A stretch of DNA of 27,123 nucleotides from a virus. Its lineage: Duplodnaviria; Caudoviricetes. Location of the stretch: positions 1-27,123 of the IMG/VR virus record IMGVR_UViG_3300037483_000586; one strand, written 5' to 3'. Below are positions 1-9,516 of the stretch, piece after piece (positions within the stretch are counted from its first letter, which is position 1; the number at the start of each line of letters is the position of its first letter). Below the pieces are notes generated by a model. The model saw only the letters and a list, made by a program, of their open reading frames with translations, was not told where the DNA came from and did no database searches. Both the position numbers and the translations under genes were made by a program.

Positions 1-881
1 TGCAGCTCGGCCGTGACGGCATCCTTGATCGCCTGCGTGCTCGGTAAAAGCTCAATCGTGAAGTCGAGCGGCACGGCCACAGGCGCGACCACCGTCACCT
101 GAGCGGTCACCGGCCTGAGCGCGTCGATGTAGGCTTGCACGGCGGCCACTTCGCCAGCGTCGGGGATGATCGACGCGTCATCGTCGCGTACGAATCGCAC
201 GGTCACCGTGCCCAGGCCAAGCTCGGCCGCATACACCCAGGCGCGGGTCACGCCGGCCACCTCCTTCGCCCACTTCACGTAGTCGAACGACGCGCCGCCG
301 TGCGGCGGCTGCTGAATGCGATCGATCAGGCGTTCGCGCAGGCTGTCGTCGGTCTCCGCGTCCGTGCCCTGGGCGAGGCCGCCCGCCGCGACGACGGCGT
401 TGCCATCGATGCCCGCGATCGGCGAGCTGAAGGTGAGCTGCGAATTCTGCGCGGTGTTGCCGGCGGCGCCGGCCACGCTGGCGGTCACCGCGGCGATTGC
501 CGTGCCGGCGGCGATCACCGCTTCGGCGTCGGTGGTGAACTCCGCGCCATCGGAGCGCTGCAGCGTCGTGCCGGCGGGCACGACCACGCCGTTGTTGCCG
601 GTGATCGTCACGTTGCCGGCCGCCTTGACGGCGGCGAGGCGCGCGATGCCCCACACGCTCGACCAGCGTTCCAGGTAGGCATCCTCCGCCGTGTCGACGA
701 TGATTTGCAGCGAGAGGAAGTCCAGGTGCCCGTAGAGGCCGTGCACGGCGCCCGAATGCACGCGCGACAATACTTCCAGGTTCGAGCGCCGCAGCCTGGC
801 GTCGGTGCCGGGCAGGCGCGCCTGGATATCGCCCGCGGCGCGGTCGATCAGCTCGGCAAGGGTCGGCCTGGCGAACGGCAT
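1..881 (-). CDS. Baseplate J / Mu gp47-like wedge protein (3' part runs off the window)
   Basis: Not in the ORF track. Read manually from ATG 881: MPFARPTLAELIDRAAGDIQARLPGTDARLRRSNLEVL...PPHGGASFDYVKWAKEVAGVTRAWV...GLGTVTVRFVRDD. Frame stays open to the window edge; follows the gp46-like gene. Confidence 0.93.
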   Translation of the reverse strand, partial: MPFARPTLAELIDRAAGDIQARLPGTDARLRRSNLEVLSRVHSGAVHGLYGHLDFLSLQIIVDTAEDAYLERWSSVWGIARLAAVKAAGNVTITGNNGVVVPAGTTLQRSDGAEFTTDAEAVIAAGTAIAAVTASVAGAAGNTAQNSQLTFSSPIAGIDGNAVVAAGGLAQGTDAETDDSLRERLIDRIQQPPHGGASFDYVKWAKEVAGVTRAWVYAAELGLGTVTVRFVRDDDASIIPDAGEVAAVQAYIDALRPVTAQVTVVAPVAVPLDFTIELLPSTQAIKDAVTAEL

Positions 882-1328
882 TTACGCGCCGCTCCAGAAG
901 CTGTCGAAGCGGTACATCGCGACCGGCTTGTCCGATCGCACGATCTCGATCGAGAGGCCGAGCACGCCGTTGCGCACCACTTCGGCGGTGACGTTCACCG
1001 CGCGCGCAACGCCGTCCTCGATCAGCCATTGCAGGGCTTCGATCGCATACTCGCGCGCGCGGGCGAGCACCGAGGGGAGCTGCTTTTCCCTGGCGAGCAT
1101 CCACAGGCGCGAGCCGATCCGGTCGCCCGCCACGCTCGGAAAACTGTCGCCCCACCAGCCGCGCCGGTTCAGCACGCCATCGGGCAACGGGTCGCCGGCC
1201 TTCGCGCGCCGGTCGGTGAAGAGCGAGATCACGACCGCCGTCTCCAGGCCGTCGTCGTTCTCCAGGCTCGGGCCGCTGACGGTGAGGTCGCCGGCAAAAT
1301 CAACGAAGACGGTGCGGATGTCGCTCAC
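882..1328 (-). CDS. Mu gp46-like baseplate protein
   Basis: Motifs LETAVVISLFTDRRA, RGWWGD, IGSRLWML.REK, AREYA.EALQWLIEDG. GTG start at 1328 chosen, just after the gp45 stop. Confidence 0.92.
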   Translation of the reverse strand: MSDIRTVFVDFAGDLTVSGPSLENDDGLETAVVISLFTDRRAKAGDPLPDGVLNRRGWWGDSFPSVAGDRIGSRLWMLAREKQLPSVLARAREYAIEALQWLIEDGVARAVNVTAEVVRNGVLGLSIEIVRSDKPVAMYRFDSFWSGA

Positions 1329-1329
1329 G

Positions 1330-1893
1330 TCACATCGCCTGGTTCGGCACGCCGGTCGGTCCGCCGGCATCGTTCTCGGGGTGCGTGTGGATGTTGTACT
1401 GCTCGCGCATGCCGGCCATCGTCCGGTTGTTCGTTGGGCGGTTGTCGCGGATGTCGCCGTCGGCTTCGATCTTCCCGGTAACTTCCAGCAGGGGCGTGAC
1501 CATGCGGATCTTGGTGGCCGCCGTCACCTCGATCACGTTGCCGCGCTTGAGCACCACCTTGCTGCCGAGATCGTCGTAGATCGCGACCTCGCCCTCTTCG
1601 AGACCCGTCAGCCGGTAGCGCCGGTCTTCGCACTTGATCACGACCACGTGGTTGCGCGTGCCGCCGACGGCGAGCGAGAGCGCCTCGGCGCCGGGGTGCG
1701 GATGCGACGTGAAGCCGTATTCCTGCATCCGCTCGACGTTGTCGATTGCCTCGTCGGCGAGCAGCGTGATCTGCACGCCCTGCATCTTCAGCGCGTCGTT
1801 CACCAGCTTCACCGTGCAGCGGCCGACCATCAGCGCGATGCGTCGGCGCAATGGCTCCGTCAGCTTGCGAATCGCGCCTGCCGCGCCGCTCAT
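1330..1893 (-). CDS. Mu gp45-like baseplate central spike
   Basis: VERMQEYGFTSHP, DRRYRLTGLEEGEVAIYDD, C-terminal HTH (HxH) metal-binding tip motif YNIHTHPE. Confidence 0.93.
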   Translation of the reverse strand: MSGAAGAIRKLTEPLRRRIALMVGRCTVKLVNDALKMQGVQITLLADEAIDNVERMQEYGFTSHPHPGAEALSLAVGGTRNHVVVIKCEDRRYRLTGLEEGEVAIYDDLGSKVVLKRGNVIEVTAATKIRMVTPLLEVTGKIEADGDIRDNRPTNNRTMAGMREQYNIHTHPENDAGGPTGVPNQAM

Positions 1894-2987
1894 TTCTTTT
1901 TTTCCGCATCGCGCTTCAGCTTGTCTATTTCCTGCTGCTGCTTGCCGAGCATTTCCCAGGGATCGGCCTTCTTCTTCGGCATCGGGATCAGGTCGTACGC
2001 CTGCGGCAAGGTCAGGGCCAGCTCAGTGACTGTCCCTTGCTCGTCGAGCTTGAACGTCACGCCCTTCACGAGCAGATCCGCGTCGGTGCGCAGCCAGGGG
2101 TCTTTGACGTGCACCGTCGTGTTCGGCTGCCACAAACCGTTGGAATGGCTCCAGCCCTGGACGAACACCGAGAGCTGCGCCGACTTTCCGGAGCGCACGT
2201 TCGCTTCCCACAGCGCGCGGCGCTTGAGGCCGGCGCCGTCGATTAGATCCTCAGCGACGATGATCTTCGGGCGATAGCGCGCGATCATCGGGTCCACGGT
2301 CTCGGCCTTCAGGCGCGTGGCGTCGCCGAACAGCGCGTCGCTGCTCGCGCCCTGGCCCTTGACGATGTAGCGGCCGAAACGCTCCTTGAACGACAGTTGC
2401 AGGCGCGCCCGGAGGATGTTCACGCCGCGTTCAAGGCCGATCGGCGCGCGCCCGCCCTTGCCGGCGCGGGTGATCACCAGCCCGCCCTTGCCGTCGCTCA
2501 GCAGCAGCACGCCCTTCATCTTCGCCAAGCGATCAAGATTTGCGAATGCTTCCTCGGCCTCTTCAATCTTCCATTCGATCGCCACGCCGGTGTCCACCTC
2601 GGCGCGCACCGGGATCTTGAATGGCGCGCACAGATTGGCGGCGATCGTCTCGGCCTTGCCCTTCGCCCACTTGCCGCTCTTGTGGATCGCCGAGGCGTCC
2701 ACCAGATCGCCGGTCGCGTCCCGGCCTTTCACCGAGACCTCGTGGGTGTCCTTACCGTAGTCCACGTCCACATCGTCGACGTAGCCGGTGATCGCGACAG
2801 TGCCGTCGACGGTCACCGTGCAGCTATCGCCGGGCGCGATGTTCTTCACAATCTTCTGGCCGGGCCACAGCTCGGAGACCCCGAGATCGAACGTGCCGGC
2901 GATCTGCTCGATGCCGCGCGCGAGGCGCATCGACTTCCAGCCGCCGTAGTCGATGCCGTTGACGGTGAGCTTCACGTCAGGCATCAC
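1890..2987 (-). CDS. Mu gp44/P-like baseplate hub (tail) protein
   Basis: YGGWKSMRL.RGIEQIAGTF, ITGYVD, GRDATGDLVDAS, VQGW...LWQPN; lies between gpN and the spike gene. Confidence 0.92.
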   Translation of the reverse strand: MMPDVKLTVNGIDYGGWKSMRLARGIEQIAGTFDLGVSELWPGQKIVKNIAPGDSCTVTVDGTVAITGYVDDVDVDYGKDTHEVSVKGRDATGDLVDASAIHKSGKWAKGKAETIAANLCAPFKIPVRAEVDTGVAIEWKIEEAEEAFANLDRLAKMKGVLLLSDGKGGLVITRAGKGGRAPIGLERGVNILRARLQLSFKERFGRYIVKGQGASSDALFGDATRLKAETVDPMIARYRPKIIVAEDLIDGAGLKRRALWEANVRSGKSAQLSVFVQGWSHSNGLWQPNTTVHVKDPWLRTDADLLVKGVTFKLDEQGTVTELALTLPQAYDLIPMPKKKADPWEMLGKQQQEIDKLKRDAEKKK

Positions 2988-4243
2988 ACATCCGCCAGCA
3001 CCTGCAGCGGCCGGCCGCCGCGCACGAATCCGGGGTGCTGCACCCGGTTTCGGCTCACGATCTCACCGTCGCGCGACGCATCTTCGTAGAGATCGTAGGC
3101 AAGCGTGAGCGCCGGCAGCGTGCCGGCGGGGGTGTAGTTCACCAGGCGGGCGAGGTCCGCGCCTCGCGCCGTCAGGTCGTTGACCATCGCCGTGCGCAGA
3201 TCGACCAGCGCGTTATAGGTGTCGTCGTCGCCGGTGGCGAGCAGCAGCGTGTCGAGCCGATCCGCCAGCTCGGTGCGCACCGATTGAGCGTCCTGGAACA
3301 CCGCGAAGTCCCTGTCGCTGGAGGCGCGCACCGCGGTGATCACGGCCGCGCGCTGCACGAGTGCCGTGATCGCCTGCTGATTATCGGCCTGCTGAATCCG
3401 GGAAGGCGTCGTCGCCGGCACGATCGGCACCGGGTACGGCGTCCCGGCCTCGCCGAAATCGAACAGCTTGCGCAGCATCTTCAGCCCGTTGAACGGATCG
3501 CGCGCGTCGATCCAGAGCAGCTCGACGGGGTTCTCCGCGAGGTCGCGCAGCTCGTCGATCTGCGAGAGCACCAGCGCGCCGAGCTGCGACGGCGTCTGCA
3601 TCAGCGTGTCCAGAGTGCCAGACAGCTCCGACAGGTTCGGCACGAATTCCGCCATCGCCTCCTTGATGGCCGGCACCAGGCGCGGCAGGCTGCCAATCAG
3701 CGTCGTCGCATTGCCCAGGATCTCCTTCGCGGCGTCGGCCACGAACGCCGGCTCGTCGGCGATGCTGAACTGGTCAGAGAACTCCGTCAGCACCGCCTCT
3801 TCGGCGGCATCGGCGCGCGAGTTCACGATCGAGGGCGTGTTCTCCGATGCGCTCGGGAACGTCACTTCGCCCGCCTCGACGAACGTGAGCGCGAACCGCG
3901 CCATGCCGCCCTCGGCGGTCTTTTCGCTGAGCTTGGATTCCGTCAGCGAGACGCGCAGCTCGCCCAGGTACGGATGCACCAGCACGCCGGGGCCGGCTTC
4001 TTCCAGCGCCGCGATCAGCGCGTCGCGGCGGGGCATGTAGTTAAAGCCGTTCGCCGCCGTGGCGAGCACGAACGCCTCCAGCTCGATCGTGCGCGCCTTG
4101 CGGCCCAGATCCTCGACGTACGGCTTGTCGCGCAGGGGGTACTCGTGCGTCACCGTGCGCCTGCCGAAGCCGCCGCTCGCTTCGTGGGTCAGGAACTCGA
4201 CGCCGCGGAACGATGCCTTGCGAAGCTGATCGCGCCAGCTCAT
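2984..4243 (-). CDS. Mu gpN-like DNA circularisation protein
   Basis: True start inferred at ATG 4243: MSWRDQLRKASFRGVEF...HEYPLRDKPYVEDLGR...GPGVLVHPYLG. C-terminus LPALTLAYDLYEDASR..EIV.RN..HPGFV. Confidence 0.92.
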   Translation of the reverse strand: MSWRDQLRKASFRGVEFLTHEASGGFGRRTVTHEYPLRDKPYVEDLGRKARTIELEAFVLATAANGFNYMPRRDALIAALEEAGPGVLVHPYLGELRVSLTESKLSEKTAEGGMARFALTFVEAGEVTFPSASENTPSIVNSRADAAEEAVLTEFSDQFSIADEPAFVADAAKEILGNATTLIGSLPRLVPAIKEAMAEFVPNLSELSGTLDTLMQTPSQLGALVLSQIDELRDLAENPVELLWIDARDPFNGLKMLRKLFDFGEAGTPYPVPIVPATTPSRIQQADNQQAITALVQRAAVITAVRASSDRDFAVFQDAQSVRTELADRLDTLLLATGDDDTYNALVDLRTAMVNDLTARGADLARLVNYTPAGTLPALTLAYDLYEDASRDGEIVSRNRVQHPGFVRGGRPLQVLADV

Positions 4244-4244
4244 C

Positions 4245-5918
4245 TCAGCTCCCCACGCCGAGCATGCCGGAATGGATGTCGAAATCGACGCCCGGGTTGT
4301 CGCTCTGCATCGACGCGACCTTCGCGCGGCCCTCCTGGTCGATCTTGATGTTGATCGTGCCGCCGACCTCGGCGCGGGCGGCGCGGGCGCCGCCGGGCAA
4401 AGCCGAGGGCGCGGCGCCGGCCGGCCGCCGCGCGTTCGCTGCCGCGATCGGCGCGACCGCCGGGGCCACAGCATTGGCCGCCGCGACGGCGGGCGCGACC
4501 GCGGGACGAATGGCGTTCGCCGCCGCCGCGAGCATACCGCCGGGCAGCGTCCACTTCTTCACCCATTCGGGCGTGATGCTGTCGAGCTTCAGGATCACGC
4601 CCTGGACGAACGCGAGCACCGCGTTAACCTTGCCCATGATGAACTCGATGCCGTCGGTCGCCGCCCCGACGATGCCGTCCCACAGGTTCGTGAAAAACTC
4701 GCTGATCGGCGCCCAGTTCCTGTAGACCAGGTAAGCGGCGCCGGCCAGGAGCGCGACCGCGCCCAGGAACCAGCCGATCGGCGTCGTCAGCAGAATGGCG
4801 CCGAACGTGATGATCGTCGGGATCATGGCCACGATCGCGGCGCCGAGCGCATAGATCGCGACCACCAGCTTCAGCGCGAGGACTCCGGCAAGCGCCGTGA
4901 TGACGTTGTCCCATCCACCCATCACCTGCGCGATCCTGTCCATCACCACAATCGCCGCGCCGACCGCGCCGACGATTCGGAGCGTGGTGTCCACGATCCG
5001 CGGCAGGTTGGTCATCAGGCGCTCGACGAACCCGGTTACGCGTGTGGCGATCAGCGCGCGGTTGGCCACGGCCCATGCCTTGATCTGCGCGGCTATCTTG
5101 TCGATCACCGGCAACGCCGCCGCCGTAATGACGCGCGCGACTCCGGTTAGCACAGCGCTCAGCTTGGTCAGCTCGTCGCCGGTGTCCTTGAACCGCTTGA
5201 CCATGTCGTCGCTCAGGACGGTGCCGGTGGCCTCCGCTTCGTCGCCCAGACGCCTGATCACGTCCGATCCCTGGGATAGCGTCTGAATCGTCTTCGCGCC
5301 GCCGTTGCCCATCAAGGTCATTCCCGACTCGATGCGAGCTGCCTGCGTGGGCAATTTCTCCATGCCGTCCGACAACCTCATGAGCAACGCGGCGGGATCG
5401 CCCAGGTTCTTCGTCACGAACTGGGCCGACATACCGACCCTCTCGAACGCTTTTTGCAGTTCCTTGTTGCCCCTGATGGCATCCTGGGCGTTCTTCTGCA
5501 GGAATCTCAGTGACGTGGCGGCATCCTCCGCGCTGGAGCCGTCCAGCGTGAGCGCGTAGCTGATGCGCTGGAACTCGCGCGCCGACATTCCGAGCATGTT
5601 GGCGGTGTCGCCGATCTTGCTGGCATCATCGATGACGCGCTTCATCGGGAACCACAGCGCCGCCACGCCGGCCGCGGCGACCAGGCCGGCGGCGCCGATG
5701 CCGCGCAGCGCGCTCGTGACGCCTCTGAACTTCTCGCCGACGACCTTGGCCTGGTCGGCGATCCTGGTCAGGCCGCTCTCGCGCACCAGCGAGTTGAACG
5801 ACGCTCGAACGCGGCGCACCGGCTCGGTCATCTTCTCAATGCGCTCGTTCACCTTGCGCACAGGCTCGGTGGCCTTGTCGATCGCCGCGATGATGAAGCT
5901 GAGTTTAAGCGCGCTCAT
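4245..5918 (-). CDS. Tail tape measure protein (557 aa)
   Basis: Ala-rich helical protein with N-terminal AIDKATEP and hydrophobic PIGWFLGAVALLAGAAYLVYRNW..I..FF segment; follows the tail chaperones. Confidence 0.9.
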   Translation of the reverse strand: MSALKLSFIIAAIDKATEPVRKVNERIEKMTEPVRRVRASFNSLVRESGLTRIADQAKVVGEKFRGVTSALRGIGAAGLVAAAGVAALWFPMKRVIDDASKIGDTANMLGMSAREFQRISYALTLDGSSAEDAATSLRFLQKNAQDAIRGNKELQKAFERVGMSAQFVTKNLGDPAALLMRLSDGMEKLPTQAARIESGMTLMGNGGAKTIQTLSQGSDVIRRLGDEAEATGTVLSDDMVKRFKDTGDELTKLSAVLTGVARVITAAALPVIDKIAAQIKAWAVANRALIATRVTGFVERLMTNLPRIVDTTLRIVGAVGAAIVVMDRIAQVMGGWDNVITALAGVLALKLVVAIYALGAAIVAMIPTIITFGAILLTTPIGWFLGAVALLAGAAYLVYRNWAPISEFFTNLWDGIVGAATDGIEFIMGKVNAVLAFVQGVILKLDSITPEWVKKWTLPGGMLAAAANAIRPAVAPAVAAANAVAPAVAPIAAANARRPAGAAPSALPGGARAARAEVGGTINIKIDQEGRAKVASMQSDNPGVDFDIHSGMLGVGS

Positions 5919-6018
5919 TGATCCTGCGGGCTTGCCGGTGCCACTCCATGATCTGCGGCCACGTCAGCCGGTCCAGTTCGGACGGCTGGAAATGAAAGAT
6001 GTAGGCGAGATCCGCCAT
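5905..6018 (-). CDS. P2 GpE'-like tail chaperone extension (-1 frame of the upstream chaperone)
   Basis: Manual translation MADLAYIFHFQPSELDRLTWPQIMEWHRQARRINERA*; this frame is open from the slippery site at 6048-6057. Confidence 0.85.
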   Translation of the reverse strand: MADLAYIFHFQPSELDRLTWPQIMEWHRQARRINERA

Positions 6019-6305
6019 CACCTCGCGAGGGTTTGGGGGATATCCCCGAAAAAACCCGCCGCGGCGGCGGCCTCGCCCGCCGCGATCAGCTCGAACAGAG
6101 GAAGCTTGGCGACCGTCGATGGCGGCAAGTCCGAGGCGGCGCCGACCATCTGGATCAGGATCTGCATCGGTGCGGTCGCGGTGAGCCGCTCCGCGTCGGC
6201 GCCGACCAGCTCGCGCAGCGAGAGCGTGGAGATCGTCTCGATGGTCTCGCCATCCTTGTTCTTCAGCTCGAACGGCTTCTTCAGCGTGTACGTGAATCGT
6301 TCCAT
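6018..6305 (-). CDS. Tail assembly chaperone (Mu gp41/P2 gpE-like)
   Basis: YTLKKP...LSLREL.GAD; lies between tube and tape measure; ends near GFF at a slippery run. Confidence 0.85.
   Translation of the reverse strand: MERFTYTLKKPFELKNKDGETIETISTLSLRELVGADAERLTATAPMQILIQMVGAASDLPPSTVAKLPLFELIAAGEAAAAAGFFGDIPQTLAR
6048..6057 (-). other. Programmed -1 ribosomal frameshift site G GGT TTT TTC
   Basis: X XXY YYZ heptamer in the correct phase; the -1 frame encodes the GpE'-like domain. Confidence 0.8.
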
Positions 6306-6325
6306 GATGTCCCTCGCCTGGAATT

Positions 6326-6346
6326 AAAAAACCGGCGACCGCCGGT
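6326..6346 (-). terminator. Intrinsic terminator after the tail tube gene
   Basis: Minus strand ACCGGC-GGTC-GCCGGT followed by TTTTT. Confidence 0.65.
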
Positions 6347-6396
6347 CGCGGTCACCCTGAGCACCTCGATCATTGCTGACTCTTACCGAGGTACGC

Positions 6397-6759
6397 TCAG
6401 TTCACCTGGTCGGCCGGCTGCCCCGCGAACTTGAGCGGCACCTTGCCGCCTTCCTGCGCCGTCAGCTCCGGCGGCTCGGTCAGGAACGCGTCCTTGACGA
6501 CGAACGTCTGCCCGGTGTCGCACTCGAACGTGATGGTGACGTTGTCCATCTGCGCGTAGTCGAGCACCTTGGTGTCCTTGCTCACCGAGATCTCGCACTC
6601 GACCGTCGAGTTGACGATCTCCTCGGCGAAGCCATGCACGTTGTTCCCGCCGACCACCGGGTTGCGCTTCTTGCCGCCGACGTTGATCTTCGCGCCCGGC
6701 ATCGATTCCAGGAGCTGGCCGTTGACCTTGATGAACGCTTTTCCGAGACGTTGACTCAC
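6397..6759 (-). CDS. Tail tube protein (Mu gpM-like)
   Basis: GKAFIKVNG, TITFECDTGQTFVV..AF; 120 aa, immediately after the sheath gene. Confidence 0.9.
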   Translation of the reverse strand: MSQRLGKAFIKVNGQLLESMPGAKINVGGKKRNPVVGGNNVHGFAEEIVNSTVECEISVSKDTKVLDYAQMDNVTITFECDTGQTFVVKDAFLTEPPELTAQEGGKVPLKFAGQPADQVN

Positions 6760-6768
6760 GGCATCTCC

Positions 6769-8229
6769 TTACAGTCTGAACTGCACTTTGCCCGCGAACA
6801 CGCGGAACTGGTTGACCACGTCTGGCGGGATGATCGCGTCCACGCGGTTGGGGTCCTGCGCGTTGCGCTCGACGATCAGGTCCGTCTTGAACTGCTCGAA
6901 CCCCTCGGCGAGGCCCGCTTCCTCCCACTCACGGAAGAGCGCGAGCAGCTCGGCGCGGATGATGAGCGGCGTCACGATCGCCTGACCGGGGCCGAAGCGC
7001 GTGCCGTCGTTCGCCAGCTTGCAGCGCGGGTACCGGAGCGCGATCCGCACGCGCACCGAGAAGCGCAGGTAGGCGAGCGTGCGCATCGTCTCGATGTCGA
7101 GATAGCTGATGTCGGGCACGCCGAAGGCGTTGGTCTTGTACGTCGTTATCAGGCGCTCGATCAGCGCGTTACCGCCGGCATCGACCAGGAACGTCGAGAT
7201 GCCGTGGTTGAGCAGGATGTCGCGCTCGGCGCGCGTGTAGCGGTCCTGCGGCGCGGGCGGCAGCATGCCGGGGAGCTGCAGCGTCTGGCGCGGGCGCGCC
7301 GGATCGGGCTCGAACGCATCGACCGCGCCGGTGACCGCGGCCCACTCCCACCAGGGCGTGGGCGACTTGCCGGCGTTGACGATCGACGTGAGGAAGCTGT
7401 TCCTCGCGTCGCCCATCGTCACCGCCTCGGCGTGCGTGCCGGAAGTGCCGACGAACGCCTGGCCTTCCTTCTGCTGCAGCGGCCCCCAACGGTCGAGCAG
7501 CTCGGCCTCGATCTTGTCGAGGTTCGCGTCATCCTCGTAACCGACGATCACGGTGTGGTACTGCTCGTTGCCGATCGCGGCGATCGCGGTGGCGACGTCC
7601 GGGTTGGTCGCGCCCGTGGCCATCGCCACGATCGCGAGCGCCACGCCCTTGGGCGTCTTCTCGCCGAAGTAGTAGTTCTCGCGCACGTCGATGTAGTTTC
7701 CGTAGGTGCCCTTGTGGCGCGCGGTGAGCGTCACCACGGCCGCCGCCACGCCAGAGACGACATCGAGGTCGGTGTTCGCGTTGATCGCCGCATTGATCGC
7801 CGCAGCGATGTCGTTCGCCGCATCGGCCGAGGCCACGGCCACCTGCACCACGCGCCCGCCGATGTAGAGGTTGATCGTGCCGGCCTCGGTCGCCGGGCTG
7901 GTGACGGTGACGGTGCCGGTCGCCTTGACGCCCGCCGCGTTCTCGTCCAGCGCGATACCCCACACCTCGGTGTACGGGTTCGCTTTCTTCAGCGCCTGGA
8001 ACATGTGCGACATCTGCGAGCCGCGGCCCCAGTAGTCCTCGGCCTGCGACGCCGAGAGCACCATTTTCGGGATCGCCTGCGCGACCGAGCCCGCCGCCAG
8101 GCGCGTGCCGATCACCAGGATCTTCTGCTGGACGACCGGCAGGCCCTGCACGGCCTTCGTGTTGTCGAACTCGATGTACTGCCCGGGCGTGCGCAGGTTG
8201 ATCGGGATCTGATTGAAAGAGATGGACAT
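6769..8229 (-). CDS. Tail sheath protein (Mu gpL-like)
   Basis: MSISFNQIP.NLRTPGQYIEFDN, DPARPRQTLQLPG, ERLITTYK.N..G.PD.SYLD, PD.VNQFRVFA. Confidence 0.96.
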   Translation of the reverse strand: MSISFNQIPINLRTPGQYIEFDNTKAVQGLPVVQQKILVIGTRLAAGSVAQAIPKMVLSASQAEDYWGRGSQMSHMFQALKKANPYTEVWGIALDENAAGVKATGTVTVTSPATEAGTINLYIGGRVVQVAVASADAANDIAAAINAAINANTDLDVVSGVAAAVVTLTARHKGTYGNYIDVRENYYFGEKTPKGVALAIVAMATGATNPDVATAIAAIGNEQYHTVIVGYEDDANLDKIEAELLDRWGPLQQKEGQAFVGTSGTHAEAVTMGDARNSFLTSIVNAGKSPTPWWEWAAVTGAVDAFEPDPARPRQTLQLPGMLPPAPQDRYTRAERDILLNHGISTFLVDAGGNALIERLITTYKTNAFGVPDISYLDIETMRTLAYLRFSVRVRIALRYPRCKLANDGTRFGPGQAIVTPLIIRAELLALFREWEEAGLAEGFEQFKTDLIVERNAQDPNRVDAIIPPDVVNQFRVFAGKVQFRL

Positions 8230-8232
8230 GCG

Positions 8233-8436
8233 TTACTCCTTGCTCTTGGCCGCGGGTTTGGCCGATGCGGCGGACGCCGCGGGCGCCTTGCCCTCTGTTA
8301 CGTCGCCCTCGTTCAGGCGGCGTATCCAATACACGCCCGCATCGACTGCCTTGCCATCGGGCGGCAGCGCCCGCCCGTTGGCCGGGTCGATCACGGTGAG
8401 GCCCTTGGCTGGGATGACGTAGATTTTTTCGTTCAC
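8233..8436 (-). CDS. Mu gp38-like / DUF2635 protein
   Basis: V.PA.GL.V.DP....LP.DG..V...YW.RRL..GDV; lies directly before the sheath gene. Confidence 0.88.
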   Translation of the reverse strand: MNEKIYVIPAKGLTVIDPANGRALPPDGKAVDAGVYWIRRLNEGDVTEGKAPAASAASAKPAAKSKE

Positions 8437-8458
8437 GCGTTGTTCTCCTGTCTCCTGG

Positions 8459-9082
8459 TCAGCTCTGCGGCAGCGACACGGTGTCTCTCGCCTCCGGGTT
8501 GCTCGCGCTGAAATCGTCCGCCAGCCAGCTCGCGTACTCCAGCTCGCCCGCGAACGGCGGGATGTCGTATTTCGCGTCGAAGGTCTCGAAGGGGTCGATC
8601 GTCGATTCGTCGAGCGCGAACGGCAGCGTCATCGGCAGCGCGAAGCGCATCGCGTAGACCGCGAGCCCCTGCTTGTCGATTTCGCCGGAATAGAGATTCT
8701 CGATCGAGACCAGGCTGAGCGAGCCCTCGTCGGGGATCGTCTCGCCGTGCAGCTTCGGGATCATGCTCTCCAGGATCTCGTAGGCGCCGATCTGCTGCGA
8801 GTCGCCGCGGCGCCGCGCCGCCTCCCCGCTCGCGTGCGCCGTCACCGCGATCACCGACCACTGCGCGTCGATCGTCACCGCGTCGTTCGCGCCGACTTCC
8901 CTCACCGGCCCGCCCGAGAAGGCGATCAGCACCGCGGGCGCGAGGCGCAGCAGGCGCTTCATGGTGTCGGCGTCCCAGTCGCCCGGCAACGAATCGACGG
9001 TGCGCACCTTGAGCTGGCCGCCGACGGTGAGCGCCGCCGTGCATTTCGCGATGAGCTGGTCCTCGACGTTCTTGATGCCCAT
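8459..9082 (-). CDS. Mu gp37-like (DUF1834) tail terminator/neck protein
   Basis: VDSLPGDW, PAVLIAF.G, ARRRGD...IGAYEIL; follows the gp36-like gene. Confidence 0.82.
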   Translation of the reverse strand: MGIKNVEDQLIAKCTAALTVGGQLKVRTVDSLPGDWDADTMKRLLRLAPAVLIAFSGGPVREVGANDAVTIDAQWSVIAVTAHASGEAARRRGDSQQIGAYEILESMIPKLHGETIPDEGSLSLVSIENLYSGEIDKQGLAVYAMRFALPMTLPFALDESTIDPFETFDAKYDIPPFAGELEYASWLADDFSASNPEARDTVSLPQS

Positions 9083-9083
9083 G

Positions 9084-9512
9084 TCACAGGTAGTCGCTCA
9101 GCTTTTCGCTGGAGAACGTGCGCTCCGGGCCGTCCACCATCGGCGCGTTGCTCGACGACGCCGGCTGATCCGCCGCGTCCAGGCTGAGCGACAGCTCGCC
9201 CTTGCCGACGCGCACCAGGTACTTGACCGCATCGTCGTACCTCTGCCGCACGTGTTCGGTCGCGCGGTCGTCGTACAGCTTGTAGCGCGCGATGTCGCAC
9301 GCGATGTCCACCAGGTTCTTCGGCACGCTCGCGAGCGGGAGCTGATAGACGCCCACCAGGTAGCCGTCGATCTCCGCGTCGGCGCCGCCCAGGGCGCGGT
9401 TCAACACCGCGTCAACGATCGCGCCGGTCGCTGGCGTCTCGCGATCGGTGAGCTGGATCAGCTCGGCCTGCGAGAAGCTGTCGATCATGTTCTGTTTGGT
9501 CGCGTAGCCCAT
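9084..9512 (-). CDS. Mu gp36-like (DUF1320) head-tail connector
   Basis: YAT...ELIQLTDR, ADAEIDGYL..Y.LPL..VP..L..IACDIARYKL, RYDDAVKYL. Confidence 0.93.
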   Translation of the reverse strand: MGYATKQNMIDSFSQAELIQLTDRETPATGAIVDAVLNRALGGADAEIDGYLVGVYQLPLASVPKNLVDIACDIARYKLYDDRATEHVRQRYDDAVKYLVRVGKGELSLSLDAADQPASSSNAPMVDGPERTFSSEKLSDYL

Positions 9513-9516
9513 CAGC

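Noticed and set aside
4380-4530. Ala/Pro repeat AVAPAVAAANAVAPAVAPIAAANA near the tape measure C-terminus
   Set aside because: Ordinary low-complexity linker with a short internal duplication; no sign of a separate element.
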